In this document: in pieces, positions 50,305 through 62,975 of the stretch
How the letters are laid out: every line of letters starts with the position of its first letter
How positions within the stretch are numbered: the first letter of the stretch is position 1
From: Botryllus schlosseri
Lineage: Eukaryota
Assembly (NCBI GenBank): GCA_051294905.1
Contig: CM119379.1
Location: forward strand, 20,708,001 to 20,772,000
Direction of reading: 5' to 3'
DNA: 64,000 bases
Notes under the pieces: model-generated
Databases searched by the model: none
Seen by the model: only the letters and a program-made list of their open reading frames with translations
Told to the model about the DNA's origin: nothing
Program-made: the position numbers and the translations under genes

Positions 50305-50439
50305 ACGTCATATTTCGGATACGACTGTTGATATACAATGTTCTTTTTAATTCTCTACTAGTTGCTGACGATTACCCCTGACGAGTGTCAGCCGAAAATA
50401 TTCTTGTTCATTTCAATATGAGTAAACTATTCAATTGTA
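50305..50439 (+). repeat. Foldback/MITE family A, centre plus right arm
   Basis: Reverse complement of the left arm and centre of the 11896 copy. Confidence 0.85.
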
Positions 50440-50923
50440 TATTGTGTGGTTTTGTACTGCATGTTTCGGGTACTGCGATACCACCAATCGAGGTTTACAA
50501 CCCTTCACAGAGGAAAATAGTCATAATTACAATTCCCGTAGATAAATCAACTCTTTGCAGGGAGGAGCGTGTAATTTCAGTAGTAGAAAAAATAATCTCT
50601 CACTATTTGATTAGAATCATCAGACTCTATTATCGATTCCAGTATGATTCCAGATGTAGACCCAGATCCAGATTCCACTATGCGCAACCCTATTTGTGAT
50701 ATTATTTCAAATCTACTTTGCAACATTTATTGAGAATAATAAACTCGATGCTGTGTCGCCCCGGCTGCTGATGAGAGAGAGAATTACAAATTGTTAAACT
50801 GCCGCAAAGGGCTAATGTTTCCGACGTGCCAATTCTCGATAGTGGCCTCGCGCGCGCTTTAAATGGCGAAGTTATCAGAGTGATGGATCCCAGAAGGCGG
50901 AGGTGAGAGGCGCCGACGTCCGA

Positions 50924-52720
50924 CATATGTTGATTTTTGATTCATCTACCACCTTGACGTTATCTCAAAGCGTTGCGTTCATTGATTTTCGCGATTTTTT
51001 TGATGGATGGCGTTTTTTTAGCGAATCTCCCGGGTGCAGTTGTTGTCGGTCCATTTTGTCTTGTTTTCGACGGCGAACGCGAGATGTTTCGAACCGCGAA
51101 ATTGTCGGGCGCGTGGGCATAATACGCGTTTCAGTCGCAGGTGTGCGGTTTTTTCGCGAAATACGTATGTCTCGATATACTTTCCGTTCCGAGTGTGATT
51201 GTAAGAAATTCGCAGTAATGACGGACGGAGTATTACGCGGTTTCCACCTGATCCGTCGTAAACGCTTCGGAGGCATCGCAAAAGCAATATTATTAGGACG
51301 AATGATGGGTCAGTGTTGTTGCATCTTACGGAAAATGCTAATTTCCTTTTTTGATGCTCCGCGGTTTGTTGAGGTGAAAACAAAATTAGGAGCTGACGTC
51401 GCATTTCCGTGCCCGTACATAAATATAATTTCATGCGTGAGTTATGGCAGCGGGAATCTCGCTCGACCGCTTGATAACAAACATATGCATGGTGCGTATG
51501 GACTTACGGAAGCGCGAACACTGATTCCTTTTTCCACACATGTAAAAAATCGGTGGTTATCGACCTTATTAGCTCGGGGAACAGGTAAAATTTTTATAAT
51601 GCGAGCCGGTGACCCGTCAAAAATCAAAATGTAGTCACCACATATATATGCATCTCTAAGGCGAATATTTGAAACGTGAATTTGCCGAGAAATTTGCTGC
51701 ATACCTTTTGATATTACTCTTGTTAAACCTCGTTCTATGGAAGTTTCTGCAAGCCGAAGTCCTGTTACAAACCACAAACTTAATTTTAATTCTTTTGTTT
51801 CTTGTCAAAGAACCGCGACTTTGCTGTTTGTTAGAGTCTCTTATACTGTCGAATGTAGGTAAATCGCACAGTCGAAATTTAACGAATTATGTTTTGCTTT
51901 TACATATCACTGAGGTCGTACGATTTGTTGGCTATTTTGAACAGCGTGGTTGATACATAAAATTGATAACTGATATATAAAATCGTAATCTATATTCGGT
52001 AGGAAAGTCGTCACGGACCTGTGGTTGAGAATCATTCCTTCCAATGATCGGGAAAATGGGCCGCATGTCACGTAGCCTATATGACTTGCGCGTATATTGA
52101 AAATATGGGCTTCGTTTCCAACCATATGTTCACCGTAACTGGAATATTAGAATTTCGAAGTAATCCTCAACTATCCGAGGGCTCCAACTATCTGCGACTC
52201 CACATTCTACGACATATGCATTATTGTATTCCCGTACCCAACGCAGAAACTACCGCTGCCCATCAAGGTCATAGACTCAAAAACTTATATCAGCTTCTAG
52301 CTTTCATTAAATCACCAAATAGACTATTTGTCCGGATGCATTTGCTAATTCTCCTTTCGAGATTTCGTATAGATTTTTATTTTAAGAAATGTCTTGGTTT
52401 TTGAAATTTGTTGTTCCATATGCTAGTCCGTGAAATCGTTTGCACACATCGCAAGGGAAAATTCAACGTTGCTTTACGACGGTTAAAATTATTCCTCGCG
52501 AGGCGGCACCGCCGCTCATCTCGGTGGGCGAAAAATCATTTTTGTCATGTGACAGGCTTGTCTCGATTTTTCGCTAGCAATATATTCATGGCCTTGTCAA
52601 AACGCGCAATCCGCGGTGATCCGCGGATTAGGCGCTGTAAGGTGTCTTCCGTCACGGAGTTTTGTAACTTTCTCGCGATACATGCGGGGGCCGGCGTAAC
52701 ATCGATTTCTGGTGCAGATG
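50924..52720. promoter_or_regulatory. CpG-rich upstream block with clustered CATATG/CAGATG E-boxes (candidate enhancer)
   Basis: CATATG at 50924, 51482, 52123, 52213 and 52417; CAGATG at 52715. Confidence 0.35.
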
Positions 52721-54569
52721 CCGCGCGCTTGTCCAGCGGTGGGTTTTTCCTTGTCGCCTATTTGCTTCATTCCGGGACGCTTGAGCTCGGAAATCCGCCG
52801 GTTCGTGGAAAATCGATGCCTGTCTGTTACTGAGATTCGGAATGATTGAGCAGCTCGCAGTTCCTTTCGGCGAGATTACTAGAGCCGGCGTAAATGCGAT
52901 TTTTGGACGATTTTCTTTCGGGAATTCGTCGGCTAATTGACGCGGGCCGATAGCGTACTGCGCTATACCCGCGCGTTGCAGAATGGGTCATGGGACGCTT
53001 TCCTAATATTTGACGTTATACGCCAAATCGGCGTTAAAGGCCAAATATATCTGACTGCATTACTGACAAATTTTAACGAGTATATGCAGCTGTATATCGA
53101 TTTGTACGTTGTGATGTGCGGCTGGGGAACATTCATATTCAATTGGTCACTGCTTTCTGGATTTTATAATGGAATTTTCGAAGTATGACTATCGGTTTAT
53201 CTGATTAGACTTGCTCATGCTCATACGGGATCTCAATAGCTGTTACTTACAGCCACCTATATTAGAGGCGTGTTATACAATAATATATAGAAAACAATTC
53301 CATGTTAGGACTGTATTTAAGTCGTCAACGACTCAACGTGATAATAGCAGACGACAAACTGGTCGATCACAGGTTTTGAGACTTCTTGATTAATATAGAT
53401 TGTTGGGTATCGTATAAGTCCATCAAATCTCCTTATAGAAGCCATCAGGACATATATGATCCGACACATCGTTGTTCAAATCAACTTAATTGCGGAAATA
53501 CTCACGTTGGATCGCCTAGGCTGCTATATGCACCCTTCATATATATACTATGCAACAACAGCAGTCATTGTCATCTCGACATCCAGGTTGTATCTCAACC
53601 GGTATTGTTTTCGTCGCTTTCCAATACAGATCATTGTCCGAGCTATCCGGACCACTTGAGGACTCGTGAAGGGTACCGTGAGAGCGCAGACGCGTAATCT
53701 GTTTGTATACAATTGATAATTCCCAGTCCTTGAAAGATAATCTGTGTCTCCACAATATCAACTACAATGTCACTGGAAGATCTCCCGTGTGTGTTGTCAT
53801 GGATACCGATCGTGAATGCACCAAGTGTATGGCAACACTTGTCGTCGTGGTTTGATATTCAATTGTTGTTGATACTTTTCCAAATATTACGCTAGCTCAA
53901 CTGGATAAGCGTGAAAAAAACTATGATTTCTGTTGTGATTAGTGTTGCTGTTTTGGAAACTACTTTAAACAATAATGAGGATCGTAACGGGAGGGTCGAA
54001 GCGGTAGTGCTGATGCTCAGTGATGAAATGTCGTGACTTGAAGTGCAAGAAGTTTTCAATCATACGATCATTGATCTTAATATATGGCTCGATGATTCTT
54101 TTGAATTATAGATTTCATCTTGATGAAGGAACAAGGTTGTTTTGTCAGTGTGCTGTAGTGTAGGTCTACATAGTTATAGTTTTTTTACTTCCTACCGCCA
54201 TGTTGTGACGTCATGAAAATTGCCACTAATTTTTCATCTCCAATGGCCTATACCGATAATTTTTTCTAGTGTGATATCGTCTCGACATTATGGGCGACCC
54301 GATAATCGGTCGGGCTCTAGTATATTCCATCTTTAGACATCTGGTTACAATACCAGGCATCCTTACACGCATTTGCGATAAATAAGCATGATATCTCCAC
54401 AGTTACTCTCCATCTGGGGATTTGAAAGTACACATCTACACAATCATGGCCCTTGACGTCCATCTCGCATTCTGTAGATATGGAAGTTTATGCCATTTGA
54501 TTAGTGGCAATCTACTATTTTCTTTGAAAGAACGGCATTATCTGCACTGGTCACAGATAAACTTAAAAT

Positions 54570-55368
54570 CATCCCTCCATCCTCGATATTCTAATATTTT
54601 CACCTGAAATTCTGGATTGGTGGATTGTAGGCCTACCAAGTTTTCGTAGTGTTTTATGACATGATCTCCAAATTTGTAGCTGAGAGTTGGATTTGTTGAA
54701 GACGTTGGATTGAAGAACTCTGATATATGCTGTAAGAATCGATAATATGATCTTGGCAACCAATTGTGGTTTATCAAAACCCTTGCTCTTCATTGCATTT
54801 TGCAGTTTCGAAACAACGCCATTCCGCCGTCCAGTATCAACAGATGCTGTGTCACGTGTGATATATGACATTTTCAAATTTTCCTACATCATATTCCTCT
54901 AATCGGTTTTCCAGACCGCTGAAAATATCTTGAGTTGTTTTACTTTCGCCTTTTCGAACACCCAGTTTGATTTGTGTCAGACAATTGAAATTATACGATA
55001 TATACAGTCTACATCTAAAATCGAAATTATTAATTATTTATTAATTATTTAATTTTGACTGTAAACAGGAACACGATAGGATTTATTCAATCTGGGCAAT
55101 CACAATTAACCAAAATAGTATTTTCAATCTATCCAATTGGAATTGTGTCAGTTAAATTCAAGTCAGTCGCTAGATATATTATATGGTCTGTATCCACAAA
55201 ATAAAGCCTTCATACAGTAAAAACAGGAAAAATTTTGTGCGGGAGGTTTTTGTTTAAACAGCCCTTACTTTCGTGAATTTTGAAATCAGGACACAAAAGT
55301 TGATCATTTGTGAGGGTTGTGACTACAGGACACACAAAATTTTGAATTTTTTTGAAGTCATAACCCTA
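54570..55368 (-). mobile_element. Degenerate CxxH-type DDE DNA transposon (hAT-like): transposase fragment plus one TAGGG terminus
   Basis: Frameshifted minus-strand translation QIKLGV..GESKTTQDIFSGLENRLEEYD / LKM...DTASVDTGRRNGVVSKLQNAMKSKGFDKPQ / IGCQDHIID / ...TNPTLSYKF.D.VIKHYENL, showing a catalytic DT and a GCxxH motif. Terminus TAGGGTTATGAC at 55368. Confidence 0.75.
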
Positions 55369-58300
55369 CTGCAAACATCGTACATCCACGTTGGGACATG
55401 TCAGCAAAATCGACCCCACCACATCCCATAATAAACTTATCACATTAACAGAAGTATTCGCTTCGCTAAGATCGACAACAGATCTATATGAAAATTCGAA
55501 ATTTACATTAGCCGCGCTTATAGGCCTGTATTTTGTGCATGTATTATGTGTGGTTGAATGTTTAGGTATTTTTCGGTACATGGACTTCCGAATCTTGTGA
55601 AATACACGGCCTATTAGACAAGTTCATCTTGCCGTGGATAATAATTTCATCGCGGCTGATGCATTTTCATGATTCCGATGAACTGCTTTATGATATTATA
55701 TAGTGTTGCTCTGAGACCTTTTTGAAATCTGCTGGCATATGTTAAATCATTAGGTGATCATCAATTGCCGATGTCGACTCGCCGAATAGGTCAGTGCAGG
55801 CTTTGAAGTCGAGTGTTTCATGTCTGATGCGCCTTATGGCGGATAAAGCCGCGAGATAGCACAGCTTCTTGAAAATTCGCCTTGGGATGTCTGCCTCGAT
55901 CTGGTTAATGTAGCTTCTGTTCGTCGTGACAAATAAGTGGGCGATTTTCGCGAATGCCATCCTGACTATACTTTACATATGTCACGAGCCATAGTTTTAC
56001 GAAACTATTGGCGCTTGATTCGGCGATGTGGCTGCTGGCTATTAAATCGAATTCTAGCGAAAAATTTTTAAAAACCAGCTTGCTCCACCTGAAAGGCTTG
56101 AAGCCTCGCAATGACAAATGCTATGTAAATGACGCTTTCCAATTGTAATACCTGGTTGAAAATAGCAATTGTTCGTAAAAAGACTGTGCTCACTAAAATG
56201 AGGTGCAATAGGACACATTTGTTGCGATAAATTTCGTTTCGAAAGAGCCGTCACATTTTCAATGAAGTCAAAAAGCTCGCAATACATGATCTATACTGGG
56301 AAGTGTTGGTAAAACTATTTCTCTCCGAAAAAAAAGTTATGCCGATATAAGTGACCGTGTCGCGATCGTAACGTTTTCACCATGGTAGGCTATATGTACG
56401 TGGTTATCGTTTAATGTCATTCGCCCCACCATTTTGTTGCGCGGATCGATACGTTGTAGGTAGCCTCCTGCTCTCGCCGGAATATGATTAATCGTTCAAA
56501 ACATGTTCCCACGCTGAAGGCGATAACGTAACCCAGACCGAAAGGGAAATCACGTCAAATATGTATGATGAATTCGCCCCTATAGACGCAGCTACACATG
56601 GCGATTTATATAGTCGAGTTATTTGTGATACCCGAGCATTTGTACCGGTGGTTACGCCGCGTCAACGGCAAGTGTGGGATTTGCCTTAACGGGCCATGGA
56701 GATGAGAGGCAGTTTTCTCATGCAGCTGACATAATTATAACATCGTTATAACATGGCGTACCTCCTATTCTTCCGAAATGTATATGCGACAAATTTGCAA
56801 TCACAAATCTGTGCGGGTGTGCGGCGTGCGCGTTACTGCCATAGTTGAAATTGATTTCCGAGCGCGGCACTTACGACTTATAAACGCATGTCAGCCGTCT
56901 TAAAGTTTTGCGTCACAAGTACGATTGTGGATTCTATGTTTGTTTATGATAATACCCCAGCACCGAGTTATATGTGTGACGCATCGGTCTGATATTTGCA
57001 GGTAACGATGTCACGCCACGTCGAGCACTGTTCAACATTCATGAATGACGTCTTGCGCTGTTCGTTTATGAAGTCATAAAGGGTTCATTGAACTGGTCGC
57101 TTCTGCGTTTATTTTTTCGATTTTAATCTCAACACATTACCCGTGAATTTATGAATGTATTTATCTCGCGCCCTTCAAGAATGTTGACTAAACTCTAGGC
57201 TCTGAATAAATGAAAAGCTGGGTGTGGATTCTAATCTAATCCAGCGATGGCGATTCTTCCAAAACAGTAGCGTCTCATTAATAATTACTCTTGCGGCTTT
57301 CTGTTCGAAGGTGCAAAAAATGCAAGCCGAGCGCCGATCGAGATATTCGGATGCGTATACGTTTCTTTTGGACGGGAGTCGGAGCAAAAACCGGCGAGCT
57401 TGACAAAAAAAAGAAATGTGACTCTCGTAATTCATGATTTATTAATCGGCGAGCAGACCTGACAACATACATAGATAGATATAGTAGACTGGCGACAAGG
57501 GTAGAATAAATCAAATCACAGACAACGAAGCCATGTGAAGCGAAGAGAATTGGTGGCGACTGGAAGCAAAACTACAATCGTCACATGCTGACAAAATCTC
57601 CATACCTATAAAGGCCGTATCATATCAATACATCCTTTTGTAGCACTAACACCAAGAAGGCTCCGTGTGTACGGGGTCGCATCGCGCACATTGTTTGGCA
57701 CAAAATACAATACTGAGAAGCATGCAATTCGTCAGATAGTGCTCACGCGTCATCGATGTGATTCATATTGTTTATGTTGAAAAATAAGATATGAAGAATA
57801 TGGGGCGGTTTCGATCGAGGTGACGTCATGATGAGCCCTGACTTACATTGCATTCAATGAGGCAAATATACTCCTCTTTCAAAATTTTGATAACCTTTGC
57901 GCCAGTGTTACTAGGTAGCGACTATACGCTGGCATGTCGATGTGAAATAAAAAAAATTATGGTCATTCCGTGTAATACAAGCCATCTCCGTGACCTCTTA
58001 GCACACGACGCCGGCGAGTGTGAATATTTGAAATCGCTACGCGATCCTGGCAGTAATCGATGACCCAAGATGCCGCCCATACCGCGGCTGACAGTAGCCG
58101 CAGCAGATAACTTTGATTGTCACAATTTGACTGCTACCAGACACGTCTCTGGCAACAGTCTCCCCTTGCGCTGATAGCAACGGCCACAAGGACCCTTCAA
58201 ACACATCTAAGACAATACGCCGGGTTACTGCAAACAAAACCGGTATCAGTGTATATAATGGGAGACGCTTTTGATAAAACACGAGGGTCTACGACGCGAG

Positions 58301-59127
58301 GTCAGTCCTCTGCCAAACCGGCACGGGTCGTAAGGTCGCGCGCGGCGATGCTCTGTTACAAATGAATCATATCCAGACAAATAATTCTGTTACATCGTCC
58401 GGATCTACGCTGTGGTTCTGAATGGAATCGGAGTCGTATTTGCGTTTATTTTTATATAGCGGAGACTGGCGGATTCAATTCCAAATCGAATCCAGCAGCT
58501 CGGTTTGAGTTAAATTTGAAACCAATTTGAATTTGTTTCAGCGAAATACGAGTATTCCGCTACTTTATGCTCTTATAGTGTTATACCCATACGTGACGCT
58601 GGGAAAAATCTGAATCCCAGTCGAGTATATGTGCCATGGAACCTTCATACGATATCAAAGAAAATAATGCCAGCAAAATACATGTTGTCCTGTTTGATAA
58701 CCATAGCTATATATATACGATACGCTATTGGTCGATCGCTACTCAAAAGTGTCGTGTCTCCACTAACGTGCGAAGTATTATGATGCATATTTTGGATACT
58801 GTGATAAAGTCAATCGGAGTTTCAAGGCTGTAATGGTAGGAAAATGCTGCCGAAACGGTAATTCTTGCAGATTAAAGTCTATTGTCGGAATGAGTGTATA
58901 ATTTTGGTACTGGAGAATATCGACTCTTACTACTTGACTTGTGCTCAGGACTTACCTATACTTCGTTGAATTCCCGGAATATTCGTCGCAAGTGATTCTA
59001 TTTTCCCGGCAATTTGATATCGCGATGCACATTGCTTATTGGCTATATTGACTTAATTGCTGGATAGTTTACGCTGTCGGGGAATACCTTTGTTTAGTCG
59101 TACATTTTTTTTCAATGCTACGCATAT

Positions 59128-59896
59128 TGGAGACGTACGGATCATGTTTTTCGGGATCCGAATCCGACTCGGTTTGATAAAACGTAATCCGGATCCTGTT
59201 TACGTCTTTAATGATAGAATACGGATTTAAGGGTGACGAATTTAAGGGTGAGTCTGAGCAAGCATCAATTACCCCTGTCGTCGAAAGGGGTGGTCAGTAA
59301 TTTAGTACTTCTACTTTTTCAGAGTACTCAAGTACGTTTACCTGCTAGCGCGAGTTACTCAGTAATTCTTCCACTTCTACACCTTTTATTTATTCAAAAC
59401 TACTCACTCCTACACTTAGAATTTTGTACTGAAGATTCTGCGTATTTGCACTACTTACTATACTTCTTCTCAACAGTTCTCAGTTTTTAAAGGAAAACTG
59501 GACCTAGAATAATCATTTAGCTACTTACTTGAAAATCGCTACTTCTACTTGTGCTTGAGTAGAAACTTTGGATACTACTACTACTTCTACTTGAGTACGA
59601 ACGAGGATTAATTCAACCATCGATATTTTGCTAACTACACCACCGGCAATGCATTGAAGTTTGCCATTATGGATTCCTGGACAGTGTGGTGCGACGCAGA
59701 AACTATCCAAGTTCAAGGTCGTACAAAACATCAAAGTAAACAAATACAAAGTCACTTTCGTGCACTAGAAATTTAGAATCTTGTCCTGATCCGAATCCGG
59801 CACTTGGACTAAAAATGCGAATCTTGATCCATTCCTGTTGCGGATTCCTGACTCCTTTCCGGTGAGAATCCAAAAGCCTGGTCCCGTACATCTCTA
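59128..59896. mobile_element. TAGAG-type hAT-like MITE with GAATCC/GGATCC repeats, hosting a nested insert
   Basis: Left end TGGAGACGTACGGATCATGTTTT versus right-end reverse complement TAGAGATGTACGGGACCAGGCTTTT. A related fragment lies at 58380-58630. Confidence 0.65.
59285..59600 (+). mobile_element. TACTT-array element nested in the 59128-59896 MITE
   Basis: Starts AGGGGTGGTCAGTAATTTAGTAC, followed by many TACTT/CTACTT/GAGTAC repeats. Confidence 0.6.
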
Positions 59897-61632
59897 ACCA
59901 TGGCCTACTTCATGTTTCGTTTTGTTCTTCAATGTCGTGACTTTATGGGGTAAGCAATAAATCTGACTGAGTGACAGACGTCTTCGCTTCGTGATCTTAC
60001 TATCACCAGCCTATTTCCATCACTGGTCATTGGTCAAGACGGTTCTCAAGGCAATGTTAAAGTATATATTGTGGTATGTAAATGTATATCTGGATGCGTA
60101 GTGCAGCTAAATTCACCCGAAAACCCGGCATGTGCAAATTTAATACATGTAGTTAGGCCTACTTTATATCCGAATTGTGTATTCAGAAGCTATTATACCG
60201 CAACCATGCTCTTCTCATGGCTCGTTACTGAACGCTAGCGAAAATGTGTGGGGTTATCGAGTTGTCACTGCAGTACTCGGGTGCCAGCTACCGACGCCAT
60301 GTCAGAATTAATTTTTGTTGTAGTCATGTTTAAAATCATGATATTCATCATCTTAAGATACTACAAGAATTGCGATATAGGGAGAAGAAAGGAGGGAATT
60401 GAAACGACATGGGAAATGAATTAAATCCTACTTAGTTCTACAAAGAGAGTTAAAAATGGACGTACGTGTTGAAAGAGGTAGCCTATGCACAATTGTACAG
60501 CACAATTTGCACAATACGCACTCAATGAGAAATATATAGTCTACAGAATTGTGACACCGCCAAACAACTCCAAGACTCTACCGCAGTCCAGAGCAATGTA
60601 ATGCTCGGGAGTTCTGGATTAGAGGGCTTTCATGTGGTGAAAGTTGCGAAAACTCTCTGTCCAAATCCCTTAAGAAGTGAAATACTGTAAAAACATTTGC
60701 TGTTGTTGCTTTGTTGTTCTACAATTATCATTGACTGTTTATTTTCGATCACAACTACTTCTGAGGGAATCCTGGGCAGATTAGCTGGGTTTACGACCAA
60801 TGTAGCTCTGTAAGTCCAATGCGATTTGAAAAACACTGCGCGAGAGAGCTATTTATGGTTTTGCGACATGTTAAAACTAATTCAGGATTGTTAATAGGAG
60901 CATTATAAATCCGCTCAGTTCTTGTGCGTGCAATGTACACCTTAATTTCGTTGATCAATCTATACCTGGGCAAAGTGCGACCCGCGGGCCAAATACGGCC
61001 CGAGAAAGGTTGCTTGGAATTCAAACCATCAAACTCGCTTTTTGAATGACTAAAACCATAGGCTGTATCAAATGAACAGTAAATTCGTTTCCTTTGAAGC
61101 CTGTTCATTAATATGCCACGATTACGCTGCCTACGAGCCTGGCATGCGTAAAGCAGATTCAAAATAATGGAATGTGGCAAAGTATGAGTAGCAATTGAAG
61201 GCACAAGAAATCACTCTTTCCACATAGTTTATAGTTCAAACCTTCCTTGTTGACATTGTCACACGCATTATACGGTATGTGTTTCAATTTGTGACGTGAT
61301 ATGTTTCCGAATCCCTAATTCGTAAAATAAGTCATTCAGTGCTCGCGATTACTATATGACTCATCATATCTATCACCCATAAAGGATATTCGCATACAGG
61401 AGTCAGGGGTAAACCATCCTGTCTGTTTTTGCCGATCATGTCGCCGAGATTTAGGATTTTGATTAAAGTCGGTCTTATGACAAAAGCACGAAACACTCGG
61501 TCAAGGGAGGGCGAAGTTCAGAAAAGCTGCAAGCTTTGCTCAACATTGAGGCTATTTAACCTGCACACTACTCGGAAGGAATGGACCGAGAAAATAAGCT
61601 TTGTACTATTCCATATATTTTTCAGTACAGTG

Positions 61633-62274
61633 CAGTGGTTCTCGAGGGTGGCACGAAGCTGAAGTTTATTGAAATAAATTTTCGCGCTCCGTGCGATATA
61701 CACTCACCAAGTCACCATATAGTTGTCGCTCTGTGTATTGTCCGGCTTTGATAATTTACAATTCTCCCATCAACGGCCATATTCTTCCATGCCATCAAAC
61801 TATCCGTTGGGATTGCTAGCATTCTGGTTGCATTTTTAAATATTTTGTGATATCATGATTTATTATTTATTATTATTATTATTAATGCGCAACATTTCAT
61901 TGACGATTATCGCCATTTGTGGCCTGTTGCATCACGACATTGATATTGTAACAGTTCAGTTTCAATGACTTCGTATCTTCGTATCTTCATTCACTTGCAA
62001 GCGCTTGGATATTTCACTTTCATTCATCAGTCACAGACTCTCTCACATCCACCCATACTGGTCTCTGGTGCCGACTTCGTACAGCGTGGCTTTTGAAGAC
62101 ACTGTTAGTACAGCGGGATCAGCGATGAGGAGCCCAGATAACCTCCGACACATAGAAACTAGCCCGAACCGCGGTTCGAACCAGCCCCCATTGGTATTAT
62201 AATAAGTGGGCGCGAAATAATTGACTATCATAAAGGGAGGCGTAGGCCTACCTAAAAAAGTGTGATAACCACTG
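61633..62274 (+). mobile_element. CAGTGGTTCTC-type hAT MITE interrupted by a SINE
   Basis: Ends CAGTGGTTCTC / GATAACCACTG; colinear with the 14744 copy except for a ~350-bp insert. Confidence 0.8.
61857..62190 (-). mobile_element. 5'-truncated tRNA-derived SINE with (AAT)n tail
   Basis: B box GGTTCGAACC at 62173-62182. gtcggaggttatc is shared with the SINE head at 62897. (TTA)n tract at 61857-61885. Confidence 0.55.
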
Positions 62275-62896
62275 TTTTAGAGTCCTTATAGAAGCACGTA
62301 GATAGGGGTTTAAAGAGAGCTAAAATGTATCATGTTTAACATTGTTTCGAATCATGGCAGCGAATAGATATTTTTAATTAACCGTCACTTTCTCATTACC
62401 TAATATCAACACATTCACTGAGCAGCATTTATTAACAATGTAATTTATAAATAAAATTAAAATACGCTGGAGAATATAGCTAATTTTTTTCACTCGGCCC
62501 GCCAACGTATTTATTTTTCTAATTTGGCCCGCGGAGGAAAATAATTGCCCACCCCTGATCTATGCCTATGAGTGGGGACAACAATGTGCGAACCATGTGT
62601 GCGTAATTTCTCCTAGACGTATTATTATATATGACCCGCCAACAGTCATGGGGCGATTTGCATCAATGTAATCAATTGCGATTAAGATTACTTCTGAATC
62701 GCGCGATTGAGATGACGGCAAAATCTCGAGGTAGTCGATTACACTTACGATTACATAGAGAACTAACCAAAAACCATGCTTATTATAACACACGATTGCA
62801 TTTATTTTGCTTCCTGGAACACATGCTAGATTTGTCTGATCTATATCCCGAAAAAACGTGAAGGTGTTTTCACGATAATAGAAAAAAAATCGGACA

Positions 62897-62975
62897 GGGG
62901 GGAGATAGCGTAGTGGTGACGATAAGAGCCTGCTACCCGAGTAGCCCGGGCTCGATTCCGCGTCGGAGGTTTATC
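62897..62975 (+). mobile_element. tRNA-derived SINE head (Pol III A and B boxes)
   Basis: A box TAGCGTAGTGG at 62906-62916 and B box GGCTCGATTCC at 62949-62959. The acceptor stem does not pair, so this is not a functional tRNA. Confidence 0.7.

Larger units (their letters stand above)
60966..62557. mobile_element. GGCCCGC-type hAT element (1.6 kb) containing nested elements
   Basis: Left end C..TGGGCAAAGTGCGACCCGCGGGCC (AGGGG deleted), right end TTGCCCACCCCTG; TSD atctatac (60958-60965) / atctatgc (62558-62565). Confidence 0.75.

Noticed and set aside
50903-51634. 243-aa plus-strand ORF, the longest in the track, with overlapping minus-strand ORFs
   Set aside because: Arg/Cys/Phe-rich with no family resemblance and a non-ATG start. 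Several frames are open because the block is CpG-rich and stop-poor; better read as regulatory DNA.
53400-54100. Possible integrase-like IQTD motif on the minus strand
   Set aside because: One short motif amid many stops; insufficient to call.
62897-62975. Functional tRNA gene
   Set aside because: A and B boxes are present but the acceptor and anticodon stems do not pair; called a SINE head instead.
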